40,565 nucleotides of DNA from Anaerolineae bacterium (GCA_029262755.1 JAJCYU010000038.1:1-40565), one strand, 5' to 3'; counted from the first letter of the stretch, positions 1-11,251 are shown. Translations and numbers: made by a program. The notes: a model not told the origin generated them from the letters alone.

Positions 1-458
1 GCGCCGGGCGTGGCGTTGACCGTACGGACGATGCCGGCGGCGGGACTTCGTAGCTCGTTCTCCATCTTCATGGCCTCGAGGATGAGCAGGCTTTGGTCCG
101 CCTTGACCGCGTCGCCGGGCTCGACGAGCACCTTGACGACCAAGCCGGGCATCGGGGCTTCGATCGTGGCGCCGGAGGCCGCTTCGTGACCCCGGCGGCT
201 CATGGCGATGAGTTCTTTGAGGCGGGCCTGTCCGACGTCGACGGGGAAGCGGTTGCCGTCGATTACGACGTACCACATGCCCTCGCGGCGCTCGACGTGC
301 AATTCGTGGCTGCGATTGTCGATGATGAGCGAGTAGAGCGTTTGGCCGTCGATGGTGCGCAGATCGACCGCGTAGCGGTGGCCGTCGACCGTGACCTCGT
401 CGGGACGCGTGACGTCGATCTCGAAATCGCGCTGGCCGACGGTAGCCTGGTAGCGCAT
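1..458 (-). CDS. Biotin carboxyl carrier (biotin/lipoyl attachment) subunit of acyl-CoA carboxylase; 3' end runs off the window
   Basis: Not in the ORF track because it is truncated. Read by hand: ATG at 458 (MRYQATVGQRDFEI...), preceded by AGGAG. It contains APMPG..VK and the biotinylation motif LEAMKMENEL (~50-80), and lies downstream of the biotin carboxylase. Confidence 0.92.
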   Translation of the reverse strand, partial: MRYQATVGQRDFEIDVTRPDEVTVDGHRYAVDLRTIDGQTLYSLIIDNRSHELHVERREGMWYVVIDGNRFPVDVGQARLKELIAMSRRGHEAASGATIEAPMPGLVVKVLVEPGDAVKADQSLLILEAMKMENELRSPAAGIVRTVNATPG

Positions 459-510
459 GGAGGGACTCCTCTAGAACCGAATCACTTCGCGGAAGCGAAA
501 GACGAAGGTA

Positions 511-570
511 GCGTGATCGAATGCGAGGTCGTGCACTCTGCCGAATGCGAGATCGAATGCGAGATCGAGC
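511..570. repeat. Degenerate hexamer/12-mer repeat tract (GATCGAATGCGA-like units) between biotin carboxylase and biotin carrier genes
   Basis: CGAATGCGAG occurs three times. The minus strand reads CTCGAT CTCGCA TTCGAT CTCGCA TTCGGC ... CTCGCA TTCGAT with 6-nt periodicity. Confidence 0.7.
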
Positions 571-626
571 GCACTATGGAGCTCCCTATCTACCGCGCGA
601 CCCGCGCGACGTGCGGCGAGCACGGG

Positions 627-2129
<1,503 letters not shown>

Positions 2130-2176
2130 GGGGCGCCTTCCGTGCCCGGTACCGGGCGTGTAGAACGAGCGAGAAG

Positions 2177-3763
2177 CTAGAGCGGGATGTTGCCGTGCTT
2201 CTTGGGGGGGTTGTCGTCGCGCTTGTTCTGGAGCATCTCGAGTGCGCTGATCAGCCGCTGCCGCGTCTCGTGCGGCTCGATGACATCATCGACGTAGCCC
2301 CAGGCGGCCGCCACGTAGGGGTTTGCGAAGCGCTCGCGGTACTCCTCGACGAGCTCAGCCTTGCGCTGCACGGGGTCATCGGCTTCGGCCAACTCGCGGC
2401 GGAAGATGATGTTCACCGCGCCTTCGGGGCCCATGACGGCGATCTCGGCCGACGGCCAGGCGTAGTTGATATCGCCGCGGATGTGCTTGCTGCTCATCAC
2501 GTCGTAGGCGCCGCCGTAGGCCTTGCGGGTGATCAGGGTGATCTTCGGCACGGTGGCCTCGGCGTAGGCGTAGAGCAACTTCGCGCCGTTGCGGATGATG
2601 CCGCCGTGTTCCTGGTTCAGGCCGGGCATGAAGCCGGGCACGTCCTCGAAGGTGACCAGGGGGATGTTGAAGCAATCGCAGAAGCGCACGAAGCGTGCGC
2701 CCTTGCGGGAGGCGTCGTTGTCGAGGACGCCGGCCAGCACCTTCGGCTGCTGGGCGACGATGCCCACCACGCGCCCGTTGAGGCGCGCGAAGCCGACCAG
2801 CAGGTTCTGGGCGTAATGATGGTGCACTTCCAGGAACTGACCGTCATCGACCACCTTGCGGATGACGATGGTCATGTCGTAGGGCTGGTTGGGGTTTTCG
2901 GGGACGATCGTGTTGAGCTCGGGCGCGGTGCGGAGCGGATCGTCCTGCGGTTCCTCGTAGGGCGCGTCTTCTAGATTGTTCTGGGGCAGATAGGACAGCA
3001 GCTGGCGCAGGACCGCGATCGCCTCGCCCTCGCTCCCGGCCGCGAAGTGGGCCACGCCGCTCTTGCGGTTGTGGACCATCGCCCCGCCCAGTTCCTCGAA
3101 GGTCACGTCTTCATGGGTGACCGTCTTCACCACGTCGGGGCCCGTGACGAACATATACGAGCTGTCCTTGACCATCACCACGAAGTCCGTGATGGCCGGC
3201 GAGTAGACGGCGCCGCCGGCACACGGGCCCATGATGGCCGATAGCTGCGGCACGACGCCGCTGGCCATGACGTTGCGCAGGAAGATGTCCGCGTAGCCGC
3301 CGAGGCTGACCACGCCCTCCTGGATGCGCGCACCGCCCGAATCATTGAGGCCGATCACAGGCGCGCCGTTCTTCATCGCCATGTCGAGCAGGGCGACGAT
3401 CTTGTCGGCATGGGCGCGGCCGAGTGAGCCCCCCAGCACCGTGAAGTCCTGGGAGTAGACGTAGACCAGGCGGCCGTTGATGGTACCGTAGCCTGTGATC
3501 ACGCCGTCGCCGAGGAATTTGTTCTTCTCCATGCCGAAGTCGGTGGCGCGATGGGTCACGAAGGCGCCGAGCTCGTGGAAGGAGTTCTCGTCGAGCAGGA
3601 GGTCGAGGCGCTCGCGGGCGGTGAGCTTACCCGAGTCATGCTGACGTGCGACACGAGCCTCGCCGCCGCCCTCGCGGGCCTCGGCGCGCATGGCGCGTAG
3701 GCGCTTCACCGAGGCCGGCACATCGTCGGAAGTGGGATCGGGCTTGGGCGTGGAATCGCTCAT
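2177..3763 (-). CDS. pccB: Acyl-CoA carboxylase carboxyltransferase (beta) subunit, propionyl-CoA carboxylase-like
   Basis: Motifs [44 protein letters not shown] and C-terminal KKHGNIPL. Confidence 0.93.
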   Translation of the reverse strand: MSDSTPKPDPTSDDVPASVKRLRAMRAEAREGGGEARVARQHDSGKLTARERLDLLLDENSFHELGAFVTHRATDFGMEKNKFLGDGVITGYGTINGRLVYVYSQDFTVLGGSLGRAHADKIVALLDMAMKNGAPVIGLNDSGGARIQEGVVSLGGYADIFLRNVMASGVVPQLSAIMGPCAGGAVYSPAITDFVVMVKDSSYMFVTGPDVVKTVTHEDVTFEELGGAMVHNRKSGVAHFAAGSEGEAIAVLRQLLSYLPQNNLEDAPYEEPQDDPLRTAPELNTIVPENPNQPYDMTIVIRKVVDDGQFLEVHHHYAQNLLVGFARLNGRVVGIVAQQPKVLAGVLDNDASRKGARFVRFCDCFNIPLVTFEDVPGFMPGLNQEHGGIIRNGAKLLYAYAEATVPKITLITRKAYGGAYDVMSSKHIRGDINYAWPSAEIAVMGPEGAVNIIFRRELAEADDPVQRKAELVEEYRERFANPYVAAAWGYVDDVIEPHETRQRLISALEMLQNKRDDNPPKKHGNIPL

Positions 3764-3777
3764 CGGGCGGCCCCGGC

Positions 3778-4926
3778 TCAGCCGGCCGCGCGCAGGACGT
3801 TGCGCGCGATGACGAGACGTTGGATCTCGCTTGTGCCCTCGTAGATCTCGGTGATGCGTGCGTCCCGGAAGTAGCGCTCGACGGGTAGCTCCTTGGAGTA
3901 ACCCATGCCGCCGTGCACCTGCACCGCCTTGTCCGTGATGAAGTTGGCGGCTTCGGACGCATACAGCTTGGCCATAGAGGCTTCCAGGGAGTAGCGCTCG
4001 CCGCGGTCCTTCTTTACGGCGGCGCGCAAGGTGAGCAGACGGGCGGCGTCGAGCCGGGTGTTCATATCGGCCAGCATGAACGCGATGGCCTGGTGGTCGG
4101 CGATGCGCTTGCCGAATGCCTTGCGTTCCTGCGCGTAGGACACCGAAGCCTCAAAGGCGGCGCGCGCAATGCCGAGCGCCTGCGAAGCGATGCCGATGCG
4201 GCCCGCGTCGAGGATCGTCATCGCGACCTTGAACCCGCCGCCGTCCTCGCCGAGCACGGCGTCGACCGGCGCCTTGTAGTCCTCGAACGTGACCTCGCAG
4301 GTGGCGCTGGCGCGAATGCCGAGCTTGGGCTCGGTCTTGCCGCGCTCGAAGCCGGGCTGCGTGGTGTCCACGAGGACGCACATCGTGTCGTTGTGGTCTC
4401 CCTTCGGGTTGGTGGTGACGAACACAACGATCGTGTCCGCGACCGGCCCCGAGGTCACCCAACTCTTGCGCCCGTTGATGAGGTAGTGGTCGCCGTCGAG
4501 GATCGCCGTCGTGTGCATGTTGGCCGCATCGGAGCCGGACTGCGGCTCGGTGAGGCTGTACGCGCCGATCTTCTCGCCGCTGGCCAGGGGTACGAGCCAT
4601 TCCTTGCGCTGGGCGTCCGTGCCGAACTTCTCGAGGCCGTAGCACACGAGGGAGTTGTTGACCGACATGATGACGCCGTGGCTGGCGCATACGCGGCTGA
4701 TCTCTTCCATGGCCAGCACGTAGCTGACCGTGTCCGCGCCGACCCCGCCCCATTCTTCGGCCGTGGTCAGGCCCATGAGGCCGAGCGCGCCCATCTTCAT
4801 CACGGTATCGCGCGGAAACTCGCCCGTTTCGTCGATCCGAGCTGCGATCGGTGCGATCTCGCCTTCGGCGAAATCACGGGCGAGATCGCGAATCATGCGC
4901 TGTTGGTCGTTGAGCTCCAGATCCAT
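3778..4926 (-). CDS. Acyl-CoA dehydrogenase (short/branched-chain type)
   Basis: Start reassigned to [20 protein letters not shown] (ATG 4926). Motifs [37 protein letters not shown] and [10 protein letters not shown]. Confidence 0.95.
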   Translation of the reverse strand: MDLELNDQQRMIRDLARDFAEGEIAPIAARIDETGEFPRDTVMKMGALGLMGLTTAEEWGGVGADTVSYVLAMEEISRVCASHGVIMSVNNSLVCYGLEKFGTDAQRKEWLVPLASGEKIGAYSLTEPQSGSDAANMHTTAILDGDHYLINGRKSWVTSGPVADTIVVFVTTNPKGDHNDTMCVLVDTTQPGFERGKTEPKLGIRASATCEVTFEDYKAPVDAVLGEDGGGFKVAMTILDAGRIGIASQALGIARAAFEASVSYAQERKAFGKRIADHQAIAFMLADMNTRLDAARLLTLRAAVKKDRGERYSLEASMAKLYASEAANFITDKAVQVHGGMGYSKELPVERYFRDARITEIYEGTSEIQRLVIARNVLRAAG

Positions 4927-4989
4927 CCTGCCCCCTGCACGCGAGTCGGCCGCGGGCCAACGAGGGCCCGAGACGCACGATCGGCGGGC

Positions 4990-5019
4990 ATCATAACGTG
5001 CCCTATCGGGAAGGGTCAA
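4990..5019 (-). promoter_or_regulatory. Putative sigma-70/A promoter of the acyl-CoA dehydrogenase-carboxylase operon
   Basis: On the minus strand TTGACC (5019-5014), an 18-nt spacer, then TATGAT (4995-4990), about 65 nt upstream of the start. Confidence 0.6.
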
Positions 5020-5121
5020 CAGAACGCGGTGCGCAAGGACGCGCCACCGGCGTAGCGGCGCGTCGACGGCCGAACGCCTCCGCCACGCTTACCGGCGCCC
5101 CTTCGACCCCGATCGCGCTTG

Positions 5122-5171
5122 GGCTACGGTCGCGGCCACGTTCGCGGCTACGGCTGCGGCTACGGCTGCGG
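5122..5171. repeat. Degenerate 12-bp tandem repeat overlapping the S8 protease stop codon
   Basis: Minus strand CCGCAGCCGTAG CCGCAGCCGTAG CCGCGAACGTGG CCGCGACCGTAG. Confidence 0.75.
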
Positions 5172-6821
5172 GTTCAGGAGGGGCAGCCGGATCACGAATG
5201 CCGGCGCAGGCTCGCCCGTCGGCGTGGGCGTGGCGCTGCCCGCCGTGGACGTCGGCGAGACCGCCGCCGTCGGAGGAGGTGGCGTGCTCGTCGGCGCGTC
5301 CGGTGTTGCGGTAGCTTCCGGCGTGGCGCTGGCCGGCGGCGGCGTCGGGGTGGTCGTGGCGGGCGGCGTTGTCGGGGTGACGGTCGGCGGCAGCGTCGGC
5401 GTCGGCGAAGGCGGACCGGCCGGCGGTGTCACGTCGCTCAGAACGTCGTGGGCGCGGTCGACGCGGATCGTGCTGATCTCCATGCCCTCGAGGCGGATCG
5501 TCGGCCGCTGGCCCGTATCGGCCAGAGCCGCCAGAACATCGTCCGGCCCGGCCCATTCGAAGGCGCCGTAGAGCAAGGCCAAGGCGCCGGCGACGTGTGG
5601 CGCGGCCATCGAGGTGCCGCCCTGGCTGCGGTTGCGACCACCGATGAAGGTCGAGTCGACATCGACGCCGGGGGCGAGCAGGTCGAGGGTCGCGGAACGA
5701 TTGGTGAAATCGGCCACCTGGGCCGCCGCGCCTTGCGCGTCCGTGACGGCGCCCACGGCGATGACGTCCGCGACGCAGGCCGGTGCGGACATCTTGTTGC
5801 GTTCCCCGTCGTTGCCCGACGCCGCGACCACGCTCACGCCCTTGGCCTTGAGCGCCGCGACGGCCGCCGCGATCGGCCGCGTGAAGCCGTCCGCGGTGTC
5901 GCAATCGCCCGCGTACGTACTCGTCGTGCCGAGACTCATGTTCGCCACGCGCGCGACGTCTTCTTGAAGCAGGTAGTCCAACGAGGCCAGGATGCCGGTG
6001 CCGAAGGCGTTGCCCCGTTCCTCGATCATCTTGATGGCAACGATGCCTGCGTCGGGCGCCACACCGAATCCGGTCTGCCGGCCCCGTGAGGCTACGATGC
6101 CTGCCACGTGGGTCCCATGCCCATCAATGTCCTCCGCCGGATTCGGTTCGGCGGGGCATAGTTCGGCCGGGGAGATGAAGCAGCGCTGGGCCACGATGCC
6201 CGTCCGCAGATCCAGATGGTTGGTGTCGATGCCCGTATCGAGCACGGCTACGTTGATCCCCTCGCCCGTAACGCGCGCGCGGCGCAGCTTGTCCGCCCCG
6301 ATGAAAGGCACGCTGCTCTCGAGCATCGGCACGCCGAACAGGCGGAGCGTGGGGTCCTCCGTGATCGCGAGCACAGAGGGATGGCGTGCGATGGCCACGC
6401 GGCCGGCCCGGTCAGCGCGCACCACGAGCGCCGGCACCTGCCGGTAGCGCGCGAGCAGCTCGATGGGGCCGTGTGGGGGTCGCGCGGCGTCTTGCGACGG
6501 GCGTCCAGCCGCGGAGGCGATCCCGAGGTCGTCCAGCAGCGCGTCGCCCGCCGCGGCAATCGCCGGCGGGTCCGCGGCCGGCGCATCGAGCGCCACGATG
6601 AAGCGCGTCCCTTCGCCCTCGATCATGCGCGCGTCCAATTTGCCCGCCGGCCCCCGCTCGTCCGCGACCGTCGGATCGTCGCCGCCAGAGATAGGATCGC
6701 CCACGCGTCGCGCCCCGGCCCGCGGGGTGACAGCCGTGAGCGCCGTGGCGACGACCAACGAGGCGGCAAACGCGACGGCGCACATCCGCGCCAAACGGGC
6801 GCTTCGGGTGGGACGGGACAT
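5160..6821 (-). CDS. Secreted S8 (subtilisin-family) serine protease with propeptide, Pro/Thr-rich C-terminal linker and terminal LPLL motif
   Basis: Catalytic triad motifs VAVLDTG, HGTHVAG and GTSMAAPHVAG; oxyanion region AASGN. Signal-peptide-like N-terminus from ATG 6821 (MSRPTRSARLARMCAVAFAASLVVA). Confidence 0.92.
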   Translation of the reverse strand: MSRPTRSARLARMCAVAFAASLVVATALTAVTPRAGARRVGDPISGGDDPTVADERGPAGKLDARMIEGEGTRFIVALDAPAADPPAIAAAGDALLDDLGIASAAGRPSQDAARPPHGPIELLARYRQVPALVVRADRAGRVAIARHPSVLAITEDPTLRLFGVPMLESSVPFIGADKLRRARVTGEGINVAVLDTGIDTNHLDLRTGIVAQRCFISPAELCPAEPNPAEDIDGHGTHVAGIVASRGRQTGFGVAPDAGIVAIKMIEERGNAFGTGILASLDYLLQEDVARVANMSLGTTSTYAGDCDTADGFTRPIAAAVAALKAKGVSVVAASGNDGERNKMSAPACVADVIAVGAVTDAQGAAAQVADFTNRSATLDLLAPGVDVDSTFIGGRNRSQGGTSMAAPHVAGALALLYGAFEWAGPDDVLAALADTGQRPTIRLEGMEISTIRVDRAHDVLSDVTPPAGPPSPTPTLPPTVTPTTPPATTTPTPPPASATPEATATPDAPTSTPPPPTAAVSPTSTAGSATPTPTGEPAPAFVIRLPLLNPQP

Positions 6822-7048
6822 GGGAAGACTCCGGGGGCGGTTGCAGGGGGCGGTCGTCGGGGAGGGTGGGTGGTAGAGATCCGCGCGTGCGGACCGTATT
6901 CGCTGGGTCAACGCGCGACGGAGTAGGCCAACGGCACGGGCCGATTGCACCTGTCCATGGCGCATCCCGAGCACACGTTCCTATGCGTCCGCGATCGCGG
7001 CACGCTGCTTGCGGACCGTCCTGAGACATTCCCCGGCCCGATCGCCCG

Positions 7049-7056
7049 ATTATAAT
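7049..7056. promoter_or_regulatory. Palindromic ATTATAAT giving a perfect -10 hexamer on both strands between divergent genes
   Basis: TATAAT at 7051-7056 (+) and 7054-7049 (-) in GC-rich DNA; no convincing -35 element. Confidence 0.45.
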
Positions 7057-7220
7057 GACACGCTTGGATGTGGGCTCATCGGGCGACTGCGGTGCCGAAC
7101 GTTACGTGTCGAGCGGACCGGTTCCCGGTATCGCGACCTTCGCCACGCGATTGTTTCGGCTGTTGCATACCGTTTGCCGTTCGCTTCCCTCCCTCTTCTG
7201 CTCGTCCCCATGGATGAAAA

Positions 7221-9020
7221 ATGCTCGCTTCCCCGAGAAATCGCATGATCGCCGCGCTTGGCGCGGTGCTGCTCGTGCTTGGCGTCAGCGCCTGGAGCTA
7301 CGACCGGCTTTACCGTGGTCGCGTGTTGCCGGGGGTCGAGGTGGCGGGCGTGGAGCTAGGTGGACTCGACGAGCAGGAAGCAGCGCAGCGCATCGCGACC
7401 GATTTGCCTGGCGCGGCGCCGGTAGTGACCTTGCTTGACGTGGAAGACGGGCGGGGCTTCGAGGTGGCGCCGGAAGCGATCGGCTTGCCGTGGAGCGCCG
7501 GCTATCTCGCCGCGTTGGCGATCGAGGCCGGCCGGGAGGGCCTACCCTGGCGGCCGATCACCATATTGCTACGCGGACACGACGTAGCCGCGACGCTCCG
7601 TCTCAACGAGGCCGGAGCGGCGGCAGGACTGACGGCCCTCGCGCCGGAGGTGGACCAGGCCCCACGCAACGCGGCCGTAGAGCTGGTGGACGGCCGGTTG
7701 GTCGAGACCGAGGCGGAGCCGGGCAAGCAGCTCGACGTGTCGGCCTCACTCCAACGGCTGCGCGAAGCAGTACGACGGCCCGATATCGTGCCCGTCCTGC
7801 TGGAGACGACCCAGACCTCGCCACGGGTCTTCGACGACGAAGGCGTCGGCGAGGCGTATCGTTTGGCCACGAACAAACCGCTTCGCCTGCAGTGGCGAGA
7901 TGGGCGAAGTTGGGACGTCACCACGGATACGCTTCGCAGTTGGTACACGGTCGAGCAGCGCCGCAACGACGAGGGCGACGAGACGCCGTTCATCCTCGTG
8001 GACCGGGCCGCGGTGGAGCGCTTCGTCGCGCCGTTGGAGGACGAGTTGCGCCAAGCCCCACGCGACGCGCGATTCCAGAGCGGTGCCGAGGGCGTGGTGG
8101 TGCGCGAGATCGAGTCGCCGGGGCTCGAGCTCGACGTCGAGGCGACGATCGACCGGCTCATCGAGGCCGCCTATTGGGACGGGCGCGTGGTGGAGCCGAT
8201 CGTGGCGGTCCAACGACCGAGCCTCACGCGCAATGTTGCAGCGCAACTGCAAGGGCTGCGCGACAGAGCCCATGCCGCCACGTCGCTGGCCGGGCTCCCG
8301 CCCGAGCAGCAGCTCGTGCTGGCGGCCGCGGCGACGCGGCTCGACGGCATCGCGCTCTTGGACGGGATGCGGTTCTCGTTCCTGGACGCGCTGGGGCCGA
8401 CCGCAAACGAGGAGGCCTTCGCCGCCGCGTGGGCGTCCCGCGATGCGATGGACCAAGGCGGATGGCTGCTCGGCGGCATGGAGCAGATGGCCACGAGCGC
8501 GTTTCGGGCGGCATTGACCGCCGGCCTTCTGATAGAAGAGCGGCACGCGCCGCCGTGGCGCAGCGGCTGGTTGGAGCCGCCGGTGGGCCTGGATGCGGCG
8601 GTGGCGCCTGCGCGCGATGGGCAGCCGGCCCGCGACCTTGTCTTCATCAACGATTCCGGTGGACCGATCTTGCTCACCGTGTCCCTGGACACGCAACGGG
8701 GCGCGCTGATCTGGACCGTGCACGCCATGCCGACGACGTGGACGGTGCGCTTGGACGGCCCCGTGATCGGCGATGTCTCGGAGCCATCGGACGATTCGCG
8801 CTGGCCGACCGCGTTCCTACCTCTCGGCACACTGCGCCAAGTTGCTTGGGCGCGCAGCGGCGGCACGACGCAGTGGGTTCGCACGGTGCTGGACGGTACG
8901 GGCGCCGCACAACGTAGCGACACGATCGAGAGCACGTACCCGGCCACCGGTACCCGCGTGCTTGTCGGCACCGAAGCGCCGAACGCGGCTGTGCCTACAG
9001 CGGATCCGGGGACGCCGTAG
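7221..9020 (+). CDS. Membrane-anchored YoaR-like protein: PG_binding_4-type repeats plus a divergent VanW-like domain
   Basis: N-terminal TM helix, GRVLPGVEVAGVELGGL, two 'P.(N/D)A....G..LDV' units, and VanW-like FSFLDALGP, GG..Q.ATSAFRAAL.AGL.IEERH, GLDAAV, DLVFIND. Confidence 0.78.
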   Translation: MLASPRNRMIAALGAVLLVLGVSAWSYDRLYRGRVLPGVEVAGVELGGLDEQEAAQRIATDLPGAAPVVTLLDVEDGRGFEVAPEAIGLPWSAGYLAALAIEAGREGLPWRPITILLRGHDVAATLRLNEAGAAAGLTALAPEVDQAPRNAAVELVDGRLVETEAEPGKQLDVSASLQRLREAVRRPDIVPVLLETTQTSPRVFDDEGVGEAYRLATNKPLRLQWRDGRSWDVTTDTLRSWYTVEQRRNDEGDETPFILVDRAAVERFVAPLEDELRQAPRDARFQSGAEGVVVREIESPGLELDVEATIDRLIEAAYWDGRVVEPIVAVQRPSLTRNVAAQLQGLRDRAHAATSLAGLPPEQQLVLAAAATRLDGIALLDGMRFSFLDALGPTANEEAFAAAWASRDAMDQGGWLLGGMEQMATSAFRAALTAGLLIEERHAPPWRSGWLEPPVGLDAAVAPARDGQPARDLVFINDSGGPILLTVSLDTQRGALIWTVHAMPTTWTVRLDGPVIGDVSEPSDDSRWPTAFLPLGTLRQVAWARSGGTTQWVRTVLDGTGAAQRSDTIESTYPATGTRVLVGTEAPNAAVPTADPGTP

Positions 9021-9090
9021 CAGGCGCCGCGCATCCCAGCGACGTGACATCCGGGTGGCGCAATCGCGGCGCACGAATGTCCACAGGGCA

Positions 9091-9119
9091 TTGCGTGGCG
9101 ATAGGCACTATGGTAAACT
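9091..9119 (+). promoter_or_regulatory. Sigma-A promoter of recA
   Basis: TTGCGT (9091-9096), a 17-nt spacer, then TAAACT (9114-9119) with extended -10 TG at 9111-9112. Confidence 0.7.
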
Positions 9120-9122
9120 ACT

Positions 9123-9136
9123 AGAACATTTGTCCG
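9123..9136 (+). promoter_or_regulatory. Probable LexA (SOS) box
   Basis: AGAACATTTGTCCG matches GAAC-N4-GTTC with one mismatch and lies over the predicted recA transcription start. Confidence 0.65.
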
Positions 9137-9199
9137 CCTCACGTAGGCATGTTCCATTTGCAACAAGCCGCGCGAGCACACCCTAAGGAGACATGGAGC

Positions 9200-10285
9200 A
9201 TGGCGGATAGCAAAGATCGCAAGAAGGCACTCGAAACGGCGATCAGCCTCATCAAGCGGCGCCACGGTGATGGCGCCATCATGAAGCTCGGCGAGCAGAC
9301 CGATCTGATCGTCGAATCCATCCCCACGGGCTCGTTGGCGCTCGACGCCGCGCTTGGTGTCGGCGGCGCGCCCCGAGGGCGGGTCATCGAGATCTACGGC
9401 CCGGAATCGTCCGGCAAGACCACGGTGTGCCAGCACATCATTGCCGAAGCACAGAAGATGGGCGGCACGGCGGCATTCATCGACGTCGAGCACGCGATGG
9501 ATCCGGTGTACGCCGCCAAGTGCGGTGTCGACATCGACGCGCTGCTGATCTCACAGCCGGACGCCGGCGAGCAGGCGCTCGACATTGCGGAAGCTCTCGT
9601 GCGCTCCGGAGCCATCGATGTGGTCGTGATCGACTCGGTCGCGGCCCTCGTGCCACGGGCGGAGATCGAAGGCGACATGGGCGACTCGCACGTCGGCCTG
9701 CAAGCCCGTCTCATGAGCCAGGCGCTGCGCAAGCTGACGTCGGCCATCAGCAAGTCGCACACGATGGTGATCTTCACCAACCAGTTGCGGCAGAAGATCG
9801 GCGTGATGTTCGGCAGTCCCGAGACCACTTCCGGTGGCATGGCGCTGAAGTTCTACGCAAGCGTGCGGCTCGATATCCGACGCATCGAGGCCATCAAGCA
9901 TGGCGGCGAGGTGATCGGCAACCGCACACGCGTCCGCGTCAAGAAGAACAAAGTTGCCCCGCCCTTCCGCCAAGCCGAGTTCGACATCATCTACAATGAG
10001 GGCATATCCCGCTCCGGTGACGTGCTCGACATGGCGGTCGTCCATGAGATCGTGGATAAGCGCGGCTCCTACTACTTCTACAACGACGAACGTGTGGGCC
10101 AGGGCCGTGAGAACGCAAAGACGGCGCTGCGCGACAATCCGGAGCTCGCCTTCGAGATCGAGAACAAAGTACGCGTCGTGCTCGGCTTCTCGCCGCTTGA
10201 CGCTCCGGCTGAGTGGCCGAAGCCGGCAGCCGAAGAGGCAGCCGAGGAGACGGAGACGGCGCAGGCCGAGCTCGTCGAAGCGTAG
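9200..10285 (+). CDS. recA: Recombinase RecA
   Basis: Motifs [41 protein letters not shown] and KNKVAPPF. Start set to ATG 9200 after AAGGAG; acidic C-terminal tail. Confidence 0.99.
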   Translation: MADSKDRKKALETAISLIKRRHGDGAIMKLGEQTDLIVESIPTGSLALDAALGVGGAPRGRVIEIYGPESSGKTTVCQHIIAEAQKMGGTAAFIDVEHAMDPVYAAKCGVDIDALLISQPDAGEQALDIAEALVRSGAIDVVVIDSVAALVPRAEIEGDMGDSHVGLQARLMSQALRKLTSAISKSHTMVIFTNQLRQKIGVMFGSPETTSGGMALKFYASVRLDIRRIEAIKHGGEVIGNRTRVRVKKNKVAPPFRQAEFDIIYNEGISRSGDVLDMAVVHEIVDKRGSYYFYNDERVGQGRENAKTALRDNPELAFEIENKVRVVLGFSPLDAPAEWPKPAAEEAAEETETAQAELVEA

Positions 10286-10310
10286 CCCGCAGTTCAGGAC
10301 GGCCAGCCAC

Positions 10311-10357
10311 ACGCGGCGGGGTGGGGCGCACGCCCTCCCCCGCCGCGTTTCTTTTCT
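10311..10357 (+). terminator. Intrinsic terminator/attenuator between recA and recX
   Basis: Stem ACGCGGCGGGG...CCCCGCCGCGT with inner GGGCG/CGCCC pairing, followed by TTCTTTTCT. Confidence 0.75.
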
Positions 10358-10389
10358 GACGACCAAGCCCATTCCAGACGCTGAGCGCC

Positions 10390-11031
10390 ATGGCCGAGAT
10401 CACCCTCTTACAACTCCAACGCAAGCGCAGCGACCGCGTCAACGTCTTCCTCGACGAGGAGTACGCGTTCTCGGTTGCCCTCGTCTTGGCCGAGACCCTG
10501 AAGAGAGGGCAGCGCTTATCCCCGGCTGAGATCGATGCATTGCAGACCGAAGATGCCTACCGGGAAGCGTTGGACCGCTCCATAGGCTTGCTTGCTCGGC
10601 GGCCCCGAAGTCGGGTCGAGATTGAGCGCGCGCTGGAACGCAAAGAGATTCCCGCAGACGTAGTGCAACGCGTGGTGGAACGCCTCGTCGAGCTCGACTA
10701 CCTAGACGATGATGCCTTCGCCGCGTGGTGGGTGCAGAACCGCCAAACCCACAGGCCCCGTGGTCGCTGGGCCCTACGGCAGGAGCTCTCCGCCAAGGGG
10801 GTCGGAAGCGACGCCATCGCGGCCGCGATCGTGGCCGTCGACGAGCAGGTCGTGGCCCGCGAGGTCGCACTGCGGCGGGCGCCGCGGTATCGGGGGCTGG
10901 ATCGAGAAGGGCTCACGACGAAGCTGGGTGCCTACCTCCGTCGCCGGGGCTTTCCCTACCAGGCGGTGCACGCCGCGTTGGACGCCGCGTGGGAAGAACT
11001 CCACGCCGGAGACGACGACCCCGACGGGTAG
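10390..11031 (+). CDS. recX: Regulatory protein RecX
   Basis: Long-form RecX N-terminus (RVNVFLDEEYAF), LARRPRS..E, YLDD..FA, RG...LRQEL..KGV and YL.RRGF; directly downstream of recA. Confidence 0.93.
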   Translation: MAEITLLQLQRKRSDRVNVFLDEEYAFSVALVLAETLKRGQRLSPAEIDALQTEDAYREALDRSIGLLARRPRSRVEIERALERKEIPADVVQRVVERLVELDYLDDDAFAAWWVQNRQTHRPRGRWALRQELSAKGVGSDAIAAAIVAVDEQVVAREVALRRAPRYRGLDREGLTTKLGAYLRRRGFPYQAVHAALDAAWEELHAGDDDPDG

Positions 11032-11251
11032 CCACCGCGTCCGAACGCTTCGTACAAGCCGGCGTAAAGCTCTGCGCCAGGGGGTTCCCGCGGGACTCCG
11101 AGCGCGCCCGTGACACGCAGGAAGCGGATCCATACAACCTGCGATTTTCCGAGGGACCGCCGTGATTTTTGGTCACGTAGGCCCCCTTGTGCCGCGACCT
11201 CGCCGGGGCCCTACGGTGCTGCGTTCGCGGATGGCAGGGACCATTCTCGTG

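Noticed and set aside
6969..6980. GAGC-ACAC-GTTC, a one-mismatch LexA-like box upstream of the S8 protease; also GAAC-N5-GTAC near 11043
   Set aside because: The first is not positioned on a clear promoter or before an SOS-type gene, and the second has the wrong spacer length. Both are likely chance matches.
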